Notes: generated from the letters alone by a model not told the origin. Positions 1 to 11,048 are shown, counted from the stretch's first letter. The stretch: DNA of 64,000 nucleotides from an uncultured bacterium (GCA_963726455.1 CAVSCK010000004.1:960001-1024000); one strand, 5' to 3'. A program made the numbers and translations.

Positions 1-17
1 GTGAGATTCAGAGGTTT

Positions 18-662
18 ATGATGAAGAGACGATTTAGTTTTGAGCTTTGGATGGTTGCAACGATGATTGCTCTATCCGTTGTGTTTTGTGGCTGCTCCTC
101 CAACAAAGGGAGTTCGCCTTCCTACGATGTCAATGCGAAGCTAAGTGAAGCTTGGTCTTCCTTCGGAACAGGCAACTACGACGCTGCCATTACAACTTTT
201 TCGGACGTGCTAACTCATTCAACGAATAATGCAGAAGCTCTCACCGGTAGGGGCTGGTGCTACGCCTTCAAAAAAGAATACTCTACTGCAATCGCTGACT
301 TCAATTCTTCCATTCAACAAAACTCTAGTTCCGATGCCAAGATGGGTCTCTCGGCTATCTACCGCGATCTGCCCGACTTACAGGCCGCAATTACCAATGC
401 ATCAGCGGTCATCGCGGCTGATTCTCATTACGTCTTTGCCAAGAAGACGTCAATCGATTACAGGGACGCACACCTGATCAAGGGTCAGTGCTACTTCAGG
501 TTGGGTAAGAGTTCGTTTCCCTCGGCGCACATCGAGGTCAACTATCTTTGCGTTCTCGAAGGACTGGCCGGATTACCTGACCCAACTGCTCTTTCACCCG
601 CCGAATATGAAGAACAACTAGGTCAGAGACTAGACGATCTATCCGCGAGAATCGGGGACTAG
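18..662 (+). CDS. TPR-repeat lipoprotein
   Basis: Hydrophobic N-terminus ending VFCGC (lipobox-like); TPR-like helices (YDAAITTF, ALTGRGWCY, YSTAIADF). Confidence 0.75.
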   Translation: MMKRRFSFELWMVATMIALSVVFCGCSSNKGSSPSYDVNAKLSEAWSSFGTGNYDAAITTFSDVLTHSTNNAEALTGRGWCYAFKKEYSTAIADFNSSIQQNSSSDAKMGLSAIYRDLPDLQAAITNASAVIAADSHYVFAKKTSIDYRDAHLIKGQCYFRLGKSSFPSAHIEVNYLCVLEGLAGLPDPTALSPAEYEEQLGQRLDDLSARIGD

Positions 663-1000
663 TAGCAGCTCGCGTTCCGAACCCAGTCTTCCTCGGATAA
701 TGTCTTGCGGATTTCAATCTCCGTGCCTTCAAGTCCGCCCGTGACATGATCGCCGAGTGAGAAACCCGACAACCTCGGACGGCGATGCAGTCTGTCCAGC
801 ATTTCCGCTGTCGGATTCCCGAACAACGGCCCGAATCAACCGGACTCCGCAAATCATTATGCAACCACGACTTGCAGAAATGCAATCTAAATTAGTCCTT
901 TTTGGCTCCCCAGAAACTGTCGAGATCACGCACAAGTAAGACCATGATTGGCATGGACTTCCGAGGCCCAAGTAACTGAAAGCCAACGCGATACCGTTTC

Positions 1001-1016
1001 TGGCACAGGATGTGCT
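1001..1016 (+). promoter_or_regulatory. sigma54 -24/-12 promoter
   Basis: TGGCACAGGATGTGCT has GG-N10-GC spacing, about 55 bp upstream of a PEP-CTERM gene; this gene class is known to use sigma54. Confidence 0.65.
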
Positions 1017-1071
1017 CGCTATAAGAAAAACCGAGTAGAATTACATCTTACATAATCGGAGGAGGAACTAT

Positions 1072-1743
1072 ATGAAATTGAAGGCGACGTTACTAGTCCT
1101 GGCCGCCATCTTGCTGACCAGCTCTGTGGGCTACGCTCTGCCGACATATTATCTGGCCAGTGGAGTCTTGCCGGCGGATTTGGGAGTCCTTCAAGCAGAG
1201 CGCGCCGTGTGGCAGGGTGCGGCGGGTTCGACGCTTTATACAGAGGGCTTTGAGTCATACTTTGCAGGTAACCCAATTGATTTCGGGCCGTTCACGGCCA
1301 CGTTATTTGGCGGTACCGGTTTCAGTCAGGCTTCGGGCAATAATTTGGTCACCACTGAAGGCAACTCCACTATGGCCTTCGAATATGGTTACACAGCCGT
1401 CGAATTCTCGTTCGAATCGGCCATTAATTCCTTTGGCATCGATATTACGTCAATCGATTTTGCGCCGCCGACGACGGTGTCGTTCCTTGACGAACACGGC
1501 AATTTCCTGAACGATTTTGCCATCCACGATGCATGGGCGGGCGCCACATTCTTCGGTCTCGTTAATGACCAGTCCTTCAGTACCGTGCGATTCAACTTTA
1601 CGGGTAGCGAGATATTGAACTTCGATTATCTCCAATTCGGCAGCGGTACCACCGTTCCCGAGCCCGGCACACTCAGTCTGCTCGGTGTGGGCCTGATTGG
1701 TGTAGCGGGCGTCCTTCGCCGCCGGTTCTCGAAGAAGGCGTAA
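1072..1743 (+). CDS. PEP-CTERM sorting domain protein
   Basis: GGAGGAGG RBS, signal peptide, C-terminal VPEPGTLSLLGVGLIGVAGVLRRR. Confidence 0.92.
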   Translation: MKLKATLLVLAAILLTSSVGYALPTYYLASGVLPADLGVLQAERAVWQGAAGSTLYTEGFESYFAGNPIDFGPFTATLFGGTGFSQASGNNLVTTEGNSTMAFEYGYTAVEFSFESAINSFGIDITSIDFAPPTTVSFLDEHGNFLNDFAIHDAWAGATFFGLVNDQSFSTVRFNFTGSEILNFDYLQFGSGTTVPEPGTLSLLGVGLIGVAGVLRRRFSKKA

Positions 1744-1776
1744 TCATAAGTCGGGCATAGTCAATTACGATTTCAG

Positions 1777-1806
1777 AGCCGGACTCCCGTGAGTCCGGCT
1801 TTTTTT
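1777..1806 (+). terminator. Rho-independent terminator
   Basis: AGCCGGACTC-ccgt-GAGTCCGGCT followed by a T-run. Confidence 0.85.
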
Positions 1807-1971
1807 GGCTACTAAATTCCCCTTCAATCGCTCCATTGACATCTTGTACTTCCCTCACTATGTTAGAGATTCGACATAACCAGTGTACTCTACCTGCAAG
1901 GGTGGGTACTCCCGATCACTTCATCTGCCCTCAATCTAGCATTTTCAGTTTCTGATAATAGTCCCGTTCCC

Positions 1972-3000
1972 CTACTTCCTCTTCTCAATCTCCGTGTCCG
2001 CATATATCAGCGTCTTCATTTGCGGTTGCGCCACAAACTCATGCGGGAATCCCAACTCGATCGCGCTGATCTCGTTCAGCCGCGCCAAATGCTCTGCGCT
2101 CAACTCGAAATCGAGGCACCCAAGATTCTCTTCCAACTGTGCTCCCGACCGAGCGCCTATAATCGGTATCATCTGCTGATCGCGTTGCCGCACCCAATTC
2201 AGCGCTACCTGCGAGCTCCTTCTGCCAATCTCATTGGCTATCTTCTCCACTTCCTCGGCAATCGCCAGATTCCGTTCCGACAACCGCTTGCCTCCCGGTG
2301 CAATTCGCTTGGCCGCCTCTGCACTGAAGTTGTTCTTGTTGTACTTGCCGCTCAACACTCCGCCTCCGATCGGCGCCCACGGCGTAACCGTCAATCCCAG
2401 TTCCTTCGCCATCGGCAGTAACTCACGTTCGACCGTGCGTTCGATCAGACTGTATTCAACCTGCAAACCCACAAACGGCGTCCAGCCGCGCAATTCCGCC
2501 AGCATGTTGGCCCGCGACACAATCCAGGCCGGCGTGTCCGAGATGCCGACATACAATACCTTGCCGGCGCGCACCGCATCATCAAGCCCACGCATCACTT
2601 CTTCCACGGGCGTCAGAAAGTCCCACGCGTGCACCCACAAGAGATCGATATAGTCCATATTGAGCCGCTTCAGACTGGCATTCAGCGACTGCACCAGATT
2701 CTTGCGATGATTCCCCGCCGAATTCGGATCCCCCTTTCGCTGGAAAACCGTGTATTTCGTCGCCACCACAAATTCCTCGCGCCGCGCGCCCACGAATTCT
2801 CCGACGAATCTCTCGGCCGTTCCCTCGGTATAGCGATTCGCCGTGTCGATGAAATTCCCGCCTCGTTCCACGAACAAATCGAACTGTTTGCGGCTCTCTT
2901 CCTTCGATGCGCCCCATCCCCAATCTTCCCCAAACGTCATCGTACCCAGCGCAATCTCCGACACCCGAAGTCCGCTCTTGCCCAACAAGAAGTATTTCAC
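1972..3000 (-). CDS. aldo/keto reductase
   Basis: GKSGLRVSEIALGTMTFG, FIDTANRY, VVATK, DYIDLLWVH, QVEYSL, IPIIG motifs. Confidence 0.92.
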   Translation of the reverse strand: MKYFLLGKSGLRVSEIALGTMTFGEDWGWGASKEESRKQFDLFVERGGNFIDTANRYTEGTAERFVGEFVGARREEFVVATKYTVFQRKGDPNSAGNHRKNLVQSLNASLKRLNMDYIDLLWVHAWDFLTPVEEVMRGLDDAVRAGKVLYVGISDTPAWIVSRANMLAELRGWTPFVGLQVEYSLIERTVERELLPMAKELGLTVTPWAPIGGGVLSGKYNKNNFSAEAAKRIAPGGKRLSERNLAIAEEVEKIANEIGRRSSQVALNWVRQRDQQMIPIIGARSGAQLEENLGCLDFELSAEHLARLNEISAIELGFPHEFVAQPQMKTLIYADTEIEKRK

Positions 3001-3148
3001 TGCAACTCCTTTTCTATGTTCAGTATTCGCATTTGACCATGAAACGTACTACCGTGCGCCGCCGTTGGCAACCGTTGTATTCAGCCGCACATCTCTCTTG
3101 CCATCCGCTTTTTTTTGCGTATCATCTCACCAACTTGAGGAGCATGAA

Positions 3149-4780
3149 ATGTCTCGAATCCTAACCGTCATTATATCCATTCTCTTCGCGCTGCCATCCG
3201 CGTTCGCCCAGAGCAGCCAGCTCAAACCCAAACTTGTCGTCGTTATCGTCGTCGATCAAATGCGCCTCGAATACTTGTCACCTTCTAATGATTTCTCTTC
3301 TGCCGGCTTCAATCGGCTGTTGCGGGACGGCTTTCAATTCACCGAAACCTTTCATGAACATGCCGTCACCGAAACCGGCGTCGGCCATGCCACCATCTCC
3401 ACCGGCTGTTATCCCTCACATCACGGCATCATCGCCAACGACTGGTGGGATCGCGCCAAATCCAGGTGGCTCTATTGCGCCGAGGACTCGGGCGTCAACG
3501 TCGCCGGCCATCCGGAACTGCCCGGACGATCACCTTCCAACCTCATGAAACAGACTCTCGGCGACTGGATTCGAAGCGCCTCTCCTCAAAGCAAAGTCTT
3601 CACTGTTGCCGGTAAAGACCGCGCCGCGATTCTGATGGCCGGCCTGCGTGCTAACGGCGCCTACTGGTACAACAGGGGCGATGGCCGATTCGTCACATCG
3701 ATCTACTATACGCCCATCTATCCCGCCTGGGTCGATACCTTCAACAATGGACGCCCCGCCGATGACTACTTCGTTGGCATCTGGGATCGCCTGCTCCCGC
3801 GCAACAAATACGCAGGCCCTGACACTGTCGCAGCCGAATACGACAGCATTCATTCCGCGTTCCCGCATGATTTCTCGCCGGCGCCGAATCAAGCGCCCTC
3901 CGTATATTATGGCGAACTACTCTACACGCCTTTCGTCGATCAACTCACACTGCGTTTCGCGCGCGACCTGACTGTCAACGAATCACTCGGCGTCGATACC
4001 ATCCCTGACTTACTGATGGTCAGTTGCTCGGCCGGAGACTACATCGGCCACCGCTACGGCCCGTCCAGCCACGAAATTCAGGATCAATATTTCCGGCTCG
4101 ACAGCTACCTCAATTCGTTCTTCGCCTTTCTCGACAGTACCGTTGGCGCAAACAACTACGTTCTCGCACTAACCAGCGACCACGGGGTGCTGCCGCTTCC
4201 CGAGGAACTCAGACAGCGTAACGTCGACGCCGGCCGCATCAACAGCGATACCCTTGCCGCCGACATCATGCGGGTGGGCGCTGCTATTGCCCGCGAATTG
4301 CAGTTCAAGAACAACGTCGTCCTTGAGGCGAGTGATGCTGTCATTCTCAATCATTCCGAGGCCGACACCAAAGGTCTCGGTGGCGCTTGGCTGCGCAAGA
4401 CCGTCGCTGCCAACATCAAGAGGATTCCTTACATCGTCGACGTCTTCACTGACGAGGAGCTTTCCGCCGGCGAGCTGGGAGGCCGCTCCTACTTTTCGCT
4501 GTATCATAACAACTACAACCCCGACCGTTCACCCGACATCATGCTCCGATTCAAGGAATTCTGGATTATCAGCGATGAGCCGCACTGCACCACTCACGGC
4601 ACCCCCTATTCATATGATCGCCATGTTCCATTGATCTTCTATGGCGCCGGTATTCAGAAGGGCAGTAGCGGCGACCAATGTGCCACTGTTGACATCGCCC
4701 CTACGCTATCAGATATGATCGGAATCACTCCGCCCGCCAACATCGACGGCCAGAGTCTGCTGCCCAAACTCCGACATTGA
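3149..4780 (+). CDS. alkaline phosphatase superfamily protein (PafA-like)
   Basis: Start at MSRILTV (GAGGAG RBS, signal peptide); VVDQMR, TETGVGHATISTG (Thr nucleophile), DYIGHRYGP, TSDHG, HGTPYSYD. Confidence 0.88.
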   Translation: MSRILTVIISILFALPSAFAQSSQLKPKLVVVIVVDQMRLEYLSPSNDFSSAGFNRLLRDGFQFTETFHEHAVTETGVGHATISTGCYPSHHGIIANDWWDRAKSRWLYCAEDSGVNVAGHPELPGRSPSNLMKQTLGDWIRSASPQSKVFTVAGKDRAAILMAGLRANGAYWYNRGDGRFVTSIYYTPIYPAWVDTFNNGRPADDYFVGIWDRLLPRNKYAGPDTVAAEYDSIHSAFPHDFSPAPNQAPSVYYGELLYTPFVDQLTLRFARDLTVNESLGVDTIPDLLMVSCSAGDYIGHRYGPSSHEIQDQYFRLDSYLNSFFAFLDSTVGANNYVLALTSDHGVLPLPEELRQRNVDAGRINSDTLAADIMRVGAAIARELQFKNNVVLEASDAVILNHSEADTKGLGGAWLRKTVAANIKRIPYIVDVFTDEELSAGELGGRSYFSLYHNNYNPDRSPDIMLRFKEFWIISDEPHCTTHGTPYSYDRHVPLIFYGAGIQKGSSGDQCATVDIAPTLSDMIGITPPANIDGQSLLPKLRH

Positions 4781-4884
4781 TCGGAGAACCAGACAATCAG
4801 TGATCCGCGAACTTGACAATCATTGATCGCCGAACTTGACAATCCCCTGACAATCCCCCGCTCCTACTGACTTTCAACGTTCCT

Positions 4885-5262
4885 TCCCTCTCCCTTTGGG
4901 AGAGGGACCGAGGGTGAGGGAGTTCGCGCCACCTCCAACATGTCTGTTTCGTCAGGTCTTGCCTAGCGTCTCTAAGAATATCCCACAGCAAGCTTCGGGC
5001 TTCACTTTGTTCGCTCCTCGTAGTGATGTAACCTCGGTTGGTTGAACATTCCTGTTTGACCCTGGCGTGGAAGGCATTCGCCAGCATCTCAACAGCACAA
5101 ACAAGAATATTTATCCTACTTCCTTTTCCCCTCTTGAGAGGGGACCAAGGGGTGTGTTCCGTGTCGCATCCCAACCTCTGCGTCCTCACGTGCGCAACCT
5201 ACCTCCGAGACCTCTGAAACGTTCCTTCCCTCTCCCTTTGGGAGAGGGACCGAGGGTGAGGG
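4885..5262. repeat. cluster of REP-like palindromes
   Basis: Two CCCTCTCCCTTTGGGAGAGGG..GGGTGAGGG copies and one CCCCTCTTGAGAGGGGACCAAGGGGTGTG copy. Confidence 0.8.
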
Positions 5263-5583
5263 ACTTTGCGCGATGACCGAGGGTGAGCGACTTCGCTCGA
5301 TGGAACGAGGCTGGGTCACCTTGCGCAACAGACCGAGGATGGGTGCCCCATCCGCTTGCGGTGGGTTTGTCCCGCTCACTTCGTTTACCACACCCAGTAG
5401 GTTAAACATTCCTGTTTGACCCTTCGTGTTTCACTGGCACCAACCCCAGCATTTTACTAGTTGACAGTCTGGCCGCGATTCGGCAAATTAGGTCAATTTG
5501 ACATGCGACATTGTCGCAGATATCTGAAGGATACAGCTCGCCGCGCAAGACATGCGGCGTACCGACACTCTGGAGGTCTCTAA

Positions 5584-6723
5584 GTGATGAAGACTCGTAC
5601 CATCTGGTTTCTCGTAATCGGATTCCTGACACTCGGCTGTCTGATCGCCGTCATCGCAGGTTGCGCGTCGCAAGGCGCTCCTGTCGTCAAGGTTGCCCTC
5701 GTGGCGCCGCTCACCGGCGACATCGCTGCTCATGGTCAGGGCATGAAACGCGGCGCTGAGTTGGCCGTCGAGGAAGCCGTCCAGTCCGGTCGGTTCAAGA
5801 ATGTCAGACTCGAACTGGCTGCCTTTGACGATCGCGGCGATCCCAAGGAAGCCGTCACCGTCGCCAATCAGATCATCTCCGATCCCACGATTCTCGGCGT
5901 CGTCGGTCATCTCAATAGCGGCTGCTCGATTCCAGCCAGCCAGATATACAACCGCCGCAATGTCTTGATGATTACTCCGGCCTCGACCAATCCTAAGTTG
6001 ACGCAGCAGGGACTCAAGAACGTCTTCCGTCTTTGCACCACCGACGACGTTCAAGGCAAATTCGCCGCCGACTTCGCCATCGACGGTCTCAAAATCGAAC
6101 GCGCGGTTGTCATCCATGACAAAACCGCATACGGACAGGGCCTGGCCGACGAGTTTCGCAAGGAATTCGAAGCCCGCAAGGGTCCGGTTCTGAGTTACGA
6201 CGGTATTGACGTTGGCGAGAAAGACTACAAAGCCCTGCTCACTCGTATCAAAACCTCCAGCCCGCAACTCATATATTTCGGCGGCATGCATCCCGAGTGC
6301 GGTTTGATTTCCAAACAGGCCAAAGAACTCGGTTTGGCCATTCCAGTCTTTGCCGGCGACGGTGTGGTGACGCCTGAATATGCCAAAATCGGCGGCCCGG
6401 CTACCGAGGGCGATTATGCCTCCATGACCGGCTTGCCACCCGAAAAATTACCAGCCGCCCAACAGTTTCTCGAAAACTATCGCAAGCGTTTCCCCAAGGA
6501 CGACATGCAGCCCTACGACCCATACACTTATGAGGCCGTTAATCTCGTCCTCGAAGCCATCGAGAAGACCGGCGGCGATCGCGCCAAGATGATCGACTAT
6601 ATCGCCAACGTCAAATTCAACGGCATTCTCGGGGAATCAAGCTTCGACGAGAAGGGCGATACGCGCAACAAGATGATCACCATCTATCAGGTGAAGAACG
6701 GCAAGTTCGTCAGTGTCGACTAA
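5584..6723 (+). CDS. livK: branched-chain amino acid ABC transporter substrate-binding lipoprotein
   Basis: IAGC lipobox, APLTG, DDRGDP, VVGHLNSG, HDKTAYGQGLA; first gene of the LIV operon. Confidence 0.88.
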   Translation: MMKTRTIWFLVIGFLTLGCLIAVIAGCASQGAPVVKVALVAPLTGDIAAHGQGMKRGAELAVEEAVQSGRFKNVRLELAAFDDRGDPKEAVTVANQIISDPTILGVVGHLNSGCSIPASQIYNRRNVLMITPASTNPKLTQQGLKNVFRLCTTDDVQGKFAADFAIDGLKIERAVVIHDKTAYGQGLADEFRKEFEARKGPVLSYDGIDVGEKDYKALLTRIKTSSPQLIYFGGMHPECGLISKQAKELGLAIPVFAGDGVVTPEYAKIGGPATEGDYASMTGLPPEKLPAAQQFLENYRKRFPKDDMQPYDPYTYEAVNLVLEAIEKTGGDRAKMIDYIANVKFNGILGESSFDEKGDTRNKMITIYQVKNGKFVSVD

Positions 6724-6744
6724 CCGGACGCGATCGGCCTGCTA

Positions 6745-7641
6745 ATGTTCTTTCAGCAACTCGTCAACGGCATCACGCTCGGCAGCATTTACGCTCTGTT
6801 TGCCCTCGGCTACACGATGGTCTACGGCATCCTGCTGATGATCAACTTCGCCCACAGCGAAATCTTCATGGTCGGCGCCTACCTCGGCCTCTGGGCCTTA
6901 TCACTGACGCCCGCCTTCATTCAGGGTTGGGCGCCCGGCTACTTTATTGTCGTTTTCGCCACCGCCATGATGGGCGCCGGACTCCTTGCAGTTATAGTCG
7001 AGCGGAGCGCCTATCGCCCACTGCGTCGCGCCTCACGATTGGCGCCTTTGATCAGCGCCATCGGCGTGTCGATCTTTTTGCAGAACTTGGTTCAGGTCGC
7101 CGTCAGTGCGCAGTCGGAACCCTACCCGAACACTTTTCAAATCAGCCAGTACCAATTCTTCGGTGTGCAGGTTAACTCGCTGCAGATTTTCATATTTGCG
7201 CTCGCGATCTCAGCAATGTTGCTGCTGCAAATATTCATCACCAAGACCCGCCATGGCAAGGCGATGCGCGCCGTAGCTCAGAATCATGCCGTTTCTGAAT
7301 TGATGGGAATCAACGTCAACTTCATCATCACGATAACTTTCCTCATCGGTGGTGCTCTCGGCGGACTCGCCGGTGTGCTCAACGGCATGTATTACGGCAG
7401 CGTCAAATTCAATATGGGCTTCTTCCCCGGCCTCAAGGCCTTCACGGCCGCAGTCGTCGGTGGTATCGGTAACATCAAAGGCGCTATGGTCGGCGGCTTT
7501 CTGCTGGGAATTATCGAGGCACTGACGATCGGCTATATTTCGTCCGCCTATAAAGATGTCATTTTGTTTATGGTTCTTATTCTCGTGCTGATCTTCCGGC
7601 CCACCGGAATTTTCGGCGAGGCGGTCACCGAGAAAATATGA
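6745..7641 (+). CDS. livH: branched-chain amino acid ABC permease
   Basis: QQLVNGITLGSIYALFALGYTMVYG, INFAH, GKAMRA, KAFTAAVVGGIG. Confidence 0.92.
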   Translation: MFFQQLVNGITLGSIYALFALGYTMVYGILLMINFAHSEIFMVGAYLGLWALSLTPAFIQGWAPGYFIVVFATAMMGAGLLAVIVERSAYRPLRRASRLAPLISAIGVSIFLQNLVQVAVSAQSEPYPNTFQISQYQFFGVQVNSLQIFIFALAISAMLLLQIFITKTRHGKAMRAVAQNHAVSELMGINVNFIITITFLIGGALGGLAGVLNGMYYGSVKFNMGFFPGLKAFTAAVVGGIGNIKGAMVGGFLLGIIEALTIGYISSAYKDVILFMVLILVLIFRPTGIFGEAVTEKI

Positions 7642-8636
7642 AACTACCGCGCTTGTGGCCCCTCTGGGCGGCCGGCCTTTTGGTCGTACTGATTCTCCCG
7701 GTTGTCCTGAACATGCTCGGCAACTATTACGCCGTCCGCGTAATAGCGCTGGTCGGCATCTACGGCATCCTCGGCATCGGCCTCAACATCACCATCGGCT
7801 ACACCGGACTATTCGACCTCGGTTACATCGCCTTCTATGCCATCGGTGCCTACACGGCTGCCTTACTCAATATCGCGGGCATTTCGTTCTGGTACGGGCT
7901 GCCCATCGTGATCCTTGTCGCCGGGCTGATCCGCCTCGGACTCGGCGCGCCGGTGCTGCGCCTGCGTGGTGACTATCTCGCCATCGTCACTCTCGGTTTC
8001 GGCGAAATCGTCCGGCTGGTGCTCACCAATCTCGAAACTATTACCAATGGCCCCAAGGGACTCCCGCGCGTTAACGAAAAGATCAGCGAGGTCAAATTCC
8101 TCTGGTTCACTCTTACCGACAACGTTCACTTCTACTACCTGATTCTCTTCTTCCTGGCGCTCGTTGTCTTCATTAGTTATCGCCTCGAACACTCCCGGCT
8201 CGGTCGCGCGCTGGTCGCCATTCGCGAGGATGAACTTGCCGCCACTCTCTCCGGTGTTAACGTGGCCCGCACCAAGGCCGTCGCTTTCGTCATCAGCGGC
8301 ATGGTTGGCGCCGTTGCCGGCGACATTTATGTCCACTGGAATCAGTTTATCTCTCCCGAATCGTTCACCTTCTGGGAATCCGTGCTTCTCGTTTCCATGC
8401 TTGTCATCGGCGGCATGGGCAATGTCTGGGGCGTGTTACTCGGCGTCGTTCTATTGGTCGCCGTTCCGGAAGTCCTCCGCTCAACGCTCGGCACCGCCTT
8501 TGTCGACTACCGCATGTTGGCGTTCGGCTTGATGATGGTCGTCGTCATCATTTTCCGCCCCCAGGGTTTGCTGCCGTCAAAACGAACCGCGCTCGAACTC
8601 AAAGCAACAGGCGAGGAGACAGTACATGCTGCTTGA
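7638..8636 (+). CDS. livM: branched-chain amino acid ABC permease
   Basis: GLNITIGYTG, LRLRGDYLAIVTLGFGEI, AIREDE; ATGA overlap with livH. Confidence 0.92.
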   Translation: MKLPRLWPLWAAGLLVVLILPVVLNMLGNYYAVRVIALVGIYGILGIGLNITIGYTGLFDLGYIAFYAIGAYTAALLNIAGISFWYGLPIVILVAGLIRLGLGAPVLRLRGDYLAIVTLGFGEIVRLVLTNLETITNGPKGLPRVNEKISEVKFLWFTLTDNVHFYYLILFFLALVVFISYRLEHSRLGRALVAIREDELAATLSGVNVARTKAVAFVISGMVGAVAGDIYVHWNQFISPESFTFWESVLLVSMLVIGGMGNVWGVLLGVVLLVAVPEVLRSTLGTAFVDYRMLAFGLMMVVVIIFRPQGLLPSKRTALELKATGEETVHAA

Positions 8637-9378
8637 CGTCAGTAACGTCACCAAGAATTTCGGCGGACTGAAAGCCGTTGCCGATCTCTGCATGAAAGCC
8701 GACACCCATGAAATCGTCGGACTGATCGGCCCTAACGGCGCCGGAAAGTCGACTCTGTTCAATGTCGTCACCGGCGTTTATCCTCCCGACGAAGGCGAAG
8801 TGCTCTTCAAGGGAATCCGGCTTAATAACCTCGCCTCACACAACGTCGTCAAATCAGGTATCGCCCGTACCTTTCAGAATATCCGGCTCTTTCCCGAAAT
8901 GACCGCCACCGAGAACGTCATGGTCGGACGCCATTGCCGTACCAAGGCCGATCTCTTTCAGGCATTGCTCCACACTCGGTCGTTCACTCGTGAGGAGGCC
9001 GAGATCGAACAGAGCGCCAAGGAGATGCTCGACTTCGTCGGCCTGCTCAAATTCGGCAACGATATCGTTAAGAATCTTCCCTACGGCAGCCAGCGCCGCA
9101 TCGAAATCGCGCGCGCACTCGCCACCGAACCATCATTGCTCTTGCTGGACGAACCCACTGCCGGCATGAATCCGCGCGAATGTAATGATCTCGTCGAGCT
9201 GGTCGAAAAGATCAGGAAGCGCGGTGTCGCCGTCGTCATCATCGAACATCGCATGAATGTCGTCATGTCGCTGTCCGATCGTGTGGTTGTGCTCGACTAT
9301 GGCGTCAAGATCGCCGAGGGCAAACCCGAGGAAGTCCAGCGCGACCCCAAAGTTATCGAGGCCTACCTGGGTTCCTAA
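8626..9378 (+). CDS. livG: branched-chain amino acid ABC ATP-binding protein
   Basis: GPNGAGKST, ARTFQNIRLF, LPYG, LLDEPTAG, EAYLG. Confidence 0.92.
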   Translation: MLLDVSNVTKNFGGLKAVADLCMKADTHEIVGLIGPNGAGKSTLFNVVTGVYPPDEGEVLFKGIRLNNLASHNVVKSGIARTFQNIRLFPEMTATENVMVGRHCRTKADLFQALLHTRSFTREEAEIEQSAKEMLDFVGLLKFGNDIVKNLPYGSQRRIEIARALATEPSLLLLDEPTAGMNPRECNDLVELVEKIRKRGVAVVIIEHRMNVVMSLSDRVVVLDYGVKIAEGKPEEVQRDPKVIEAYLGS

Positions 9379-9396
9379 AGCCCGAGGGATGAATTC

Positions 9397-10104
9397 ATGT
9401 TGTTGGAAGTCGATCAGATTCAAGTCTACTACGATCAAATCGCGGCTCTCAAAGGCGTCTCGCTCAATCTGAATCGCGGCGAAATTCTGGCCATCATCGG
9501 CGCCAACGGCGCCGGCAAGACCACCTTGATCAACACGATTTCCGGCGTGCTCCATCCGCGCACCGGCTCGATCAAATTCAATGACGAACCGATTCACACC
9601 CTTCCCGCCTGGCGCATTGCCCGCAAAGGTATCGTCCAGATTCCCGAAGGTCGCAAAGTTTTCGCCAAACAAAGCGTGCTGGAAAATCTCGAATTGGGAG
9701 CGTATGCCACCAATGACAAAGCTGTCGTGAAAAACAAAGTTGCGCAGATGTACGAATGGTTCCCGGTCTTGAGCGAGCGCCGCAATCAACTTTCCGGCAC
9801 CCTCTCCGGTGGCGAACAACAGATGCTCGCCATTGCGCGCGGTCTTATGGCCAGCCCCGAACTCCTGATGTTCGACGAACCATCTATGGGACTTTCGCCC
9901 GTCATGGTTGAGAAAGTTTTTCAGATCATTCAAAACATCAACCAGCAGGGTCACACCATTCTCCTCGTCGAACAGAATGCGAAAAAGTCCTTGCAGATTG
10001 CCGATCGCGCCTATGTGCTCGAAACCGGAAAGATCGTATTGAGCGACACCGCCGCCAAACTCCTCGAAAACGAACAAGTCAAACAGGCCTATTTGGGCGG
10101 CTGA
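9397..10104 (+). CDS. livF: branched-chain amino acid ABC ATP-binding protein
   Basis: GANGAGKTT, PEGR, LSGGEQQMLAIAR, DEPSMGL, VEQNA. Confidence 0.92.
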   Translation: MLLEVDQIQVYYDQIAALKGVSLNLNRGEILAIIGANGAGKTTLINTISGVLHPRTGSIKFNDEPIHTLPAWRIARKGIVQIPEGRKVFAKQSVLENLELGAYATNDKAVVKNKVAQMYEWFPVLSERRNQLSGTLSGGEQQMLAIARGLMASPELLMFDEPSMGLSPVMVEKVFQIIQNINQQGHTILLVEQNAKKSLQIADRAYVLETGKIVLSDTAAKLLENEQVKQAYLGG

Positions 10105-10112
10105 GAATACTT

Positions 10113-11048
10113 ATGCAAATCGTCACTTATAACGACCTCGAAGACAAAACCGATCTCTTCAATATCTGGGGAAAATCCTTCAATTGGTTTTGCACTCCGC
10201 GCCAGATGGATTCTTGGATCAAGACCGATTTCCGTCTGCGTGGCACGCCCGTCGGTTATTGCGGTTTGATCGACGGCAACATTGCCGGTTTCGTCGGTGT
10301 CATGGAAATTCCGACTCGCAACAAGAACGGTGAGACCGAGATTATCGGTGGCATCTGGGCTGTCAGTACGCGTCCGATGTACGCCCGTCAGGGTGTCGGC
10401 GGCAAACTCCTGGAGGCCGCTGAGAACTACTTTCGTGAGCGCGGCTTCCGGCTCTCCATGCTGACGACTTCACAATATCTGATTGCGCATCGCGGTTATG
10501 TTTCCTTTGGATATCGGGAGATCGAAGCCGTCAACAACTTGCCGCACTTTTACAAAGTCCCGCGTCGCCTTGCAAAATCCGATCCGTTTGCCGTAGCCAA
10601 AAAGGGGAAGGCCGCCAAATCATTCCTGCACGACATCGGCGTTCTGTTCGACAAATACACGCACAACCGTTGTGGCTTCACTATTCGCGACGCCGGTCTG
10701 ATGAAACAGCGCGAACAACTCGGCTATTTCGAACCGGACATCTCTCCCTTACTCGACAATGGCTACCTTCTCGCCTATCGACAACTCGGTTCGATCATCA
10801 TTCTTGAAGTCATCAGCTTCGACAAAAAGACTGCGCGCGAGCTTTTGCGTCTGGCGAGCGGCTGGTCCACTGCCGGAATCGGCGCGCGCTACGTATTCGA
10901 TCCCAACGTCGCCGAACTGTTATCAAAATCCGGCTTCCGCCAGGACCCCGGCTCTTACGGTGTCCTCATGGTCAAATCCCTCGACGGCACCTCTTTCACC
11001 GACGTCTACGACAGCTCCTTCCTTTACAGCAGCATGGACGCTTTCTAA
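10113..11048 (+). CDS. GNAT family N-acetyltransferase
   Basis: Acetyl-CoA motif VSTRPMYARQGVGGKLL, later YVSFGY. Confidence 0.75.
   Translation: MQIVTYNDLEDKTDLFNIWGKSFNWFCTPRQMDSWIKTDFRLRGTPVGYCGLIDGNIAGFVGVMEIPTRNKNGETEIIGGIWAVSTRPMYARQGVGGKLLEAAENYFRERGFRLSMLTTSQYLIAHRGYVSFGYREIEAVNNLPHFYKVPRRLAKSDPFAVAKKGKAAKSFLHDIGVLFDKYTHNRCGFTIRDAGLMKQREQLGYFEPDISPLLDNGYLLAYRQLGSIIILEVISFDKKTARELLRLASGWSTAGIGARYVFDPNVAELLSKSGFRQDPGSYGVLMVKSLDGTSFTDVYDSSFLYSSMDAF

Noticed and set aside
2843-3148. N-terminal extension of the phosphatase ORF
   Set aside because: Overlaps the AKR gene antisense; RBS and signal peptide place the start at 3149.
4786-4858. Short GACAATC tandem repeats after the phosphatase gene
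   Set aside because: Four irregular units of about 22 bp or less; looks like slippage with no evident function.
9133-10077. Long antisense ORFs (also 5488-6291, 26489-27355, 60983-61780)
   Set aside because: Shadow frames of well-supported GC-rich genes.
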